A stretch of 64,000 nt of DNA from Desulfosudaceae bacterium (lineage in GTDB: Bacteria > Desulfobacterota > Desulfobacteria > Desulfobacterales > Desulfosudaceae), in assembly GCA_963674745.2 (NCBI GenBank), contig CAXXDV010000003.1, positions 1,824,001 through 1,888,000 of the forward strand, written 5' to 3'. The notes beneath the pieces are model-generated. The model had not been told where the DNA came from and made no database searches. It worked only from the letters and a program-made list of their open reading frames with translations. Position numbers and translations under genes: made by a program. Every line of letters begins with the position of its first letter. The stretch's first letter is position 1. Below, piece after piece: positions 63,311-64,000 of the stretch.

Positions 63311-64000
63311 TCAGTCAACGCCTCCCGGGGAAAAACGGCCAGGCCTCAACCGTGAAGCCGGATCCTGGCGGTAATATTCTTTTAGAACATGATAAAGCCG
63401 GGGCGCGTGGTTAAGCATGACATCAGGTTGGTCAAAAAACTGCTCTGTGGCGACAGCGAAAAATTCGGCTTCATTGACAGCGCCATAAGCATTCAGGAAT
63501 GTTCTTCGACCGCTTCCGGCATCCTGTCGCAACCGCAGGAACTCTTCGGCACATATGCTTACCCACTCACCATATTCAGAACGGTTGCGCAGCGGCGGTG
63601 TGCCGTCGGCCGCGCCATCGAGCATGTCCAGCTTGTGGGCGAACTCGTGATAAATCACATTATGCCCCAGTTCCGGATGCCGGCTGCCTCGAAGTGCGGC
63701 GTCCCAGACGATAATAACCGGTCCGTGCTGAAAAGCCTGCCCATGAAGGGGTTGACTCGGCTCGAGCGGGGATCGGACGATTTCAAAGAGACCGGGTTTC
63801 CGCTGAGGCGGGATGACCGTGGAAGGATACACAATAATCGTCTTAACATTCCGATAATAATTATGATCCAGCCCCAGCAGCAACAGGCAGGCCTGGGCTG
63901 AAACGGTAACGCGAATCTCATCGTTCAGGACAAGGCCACCGGCCCCTTCCCAGTATTTTTCGGCAATAAACACCTGAATGAGGGCACGTAACCGGGCCCG
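63311..64000 (-). CDS. MtfA-like zinc-dependent peptidase (5' end outside window)
   Basis: HEFAHKLD...DG.P and EFFAVATE.FF motifs. Confidence 0.88.
   Translation of the reverse strand, partial: RARLRALIQVFIAEKYWEGAGGLVLNDEIRVTVSAQACLLLLGLDHNYYRNVKTIIVYPSTVIPPQRKPGLFEIVRSPLEPSQPLHGQAFQHGPVIIVWDAALRGSRHPELGHNVIYHEFAHKLDMLDGAADGTPPLRNRSEYGEWVSICAEEFLRLRQDAGSGRRTFLNAYGAVNEAEFFAVATEQFFDQPDVMLNHAPRLYHVLKEYYRQDPASRLRPGRFSPGGVD

Noticed and set aside
34835..63921. Many antisense/overlapping ORFs in the core region
   Set aside because: Shadow ORFs of well-supported GC-rich genes, with no motifs.

Overview
Two-part window from what looks like a sulfate-reducing deltaproteobacterium (Desulfobacterales-like gene content; inferred). 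Positions 1-34750 are the distal part of a large sedentary integron cassette array. It has 45 attC sites (mostly ~120-130 bp, two dominant families) and about 46 co-oriented AT-rich cassettes; no intI or attI lies in the window. The array carries five copies of a structured gene-less cassette, three duplicated coding cassettes (one a stand-alone SecD N-terminal fragment), two toxin-antitoxin cassettes and a terminal class D beta-lactamase-like gene. The last 10 attC sites are colonised by three kinds of attC-targeting element. First, an IS110/IS1111-type element (one complete copy with a junction promoter and a putative bridge/seek RNA region, one deleted copy). Second, group IIC-attC introns (one RT-encoding copy with a nonsense codon, three 710-nt ORF-less copies with a changed EBS1). 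Third, a top-strand group II intron whose EBS1 matches the attC core. Positions 34760-64000 are GC-richer core genome: MBL-fold hydrolase, enoyl-CoA hydratase, hdrCBA-mvhD(Sec)-metV-metF-frhB-like, mscS-like, corA, a low-GC GT87-like gene, late cobalamin genes, a wbpP-like epimerase, lepB, a SagB-like nitroreductase, purN and others.
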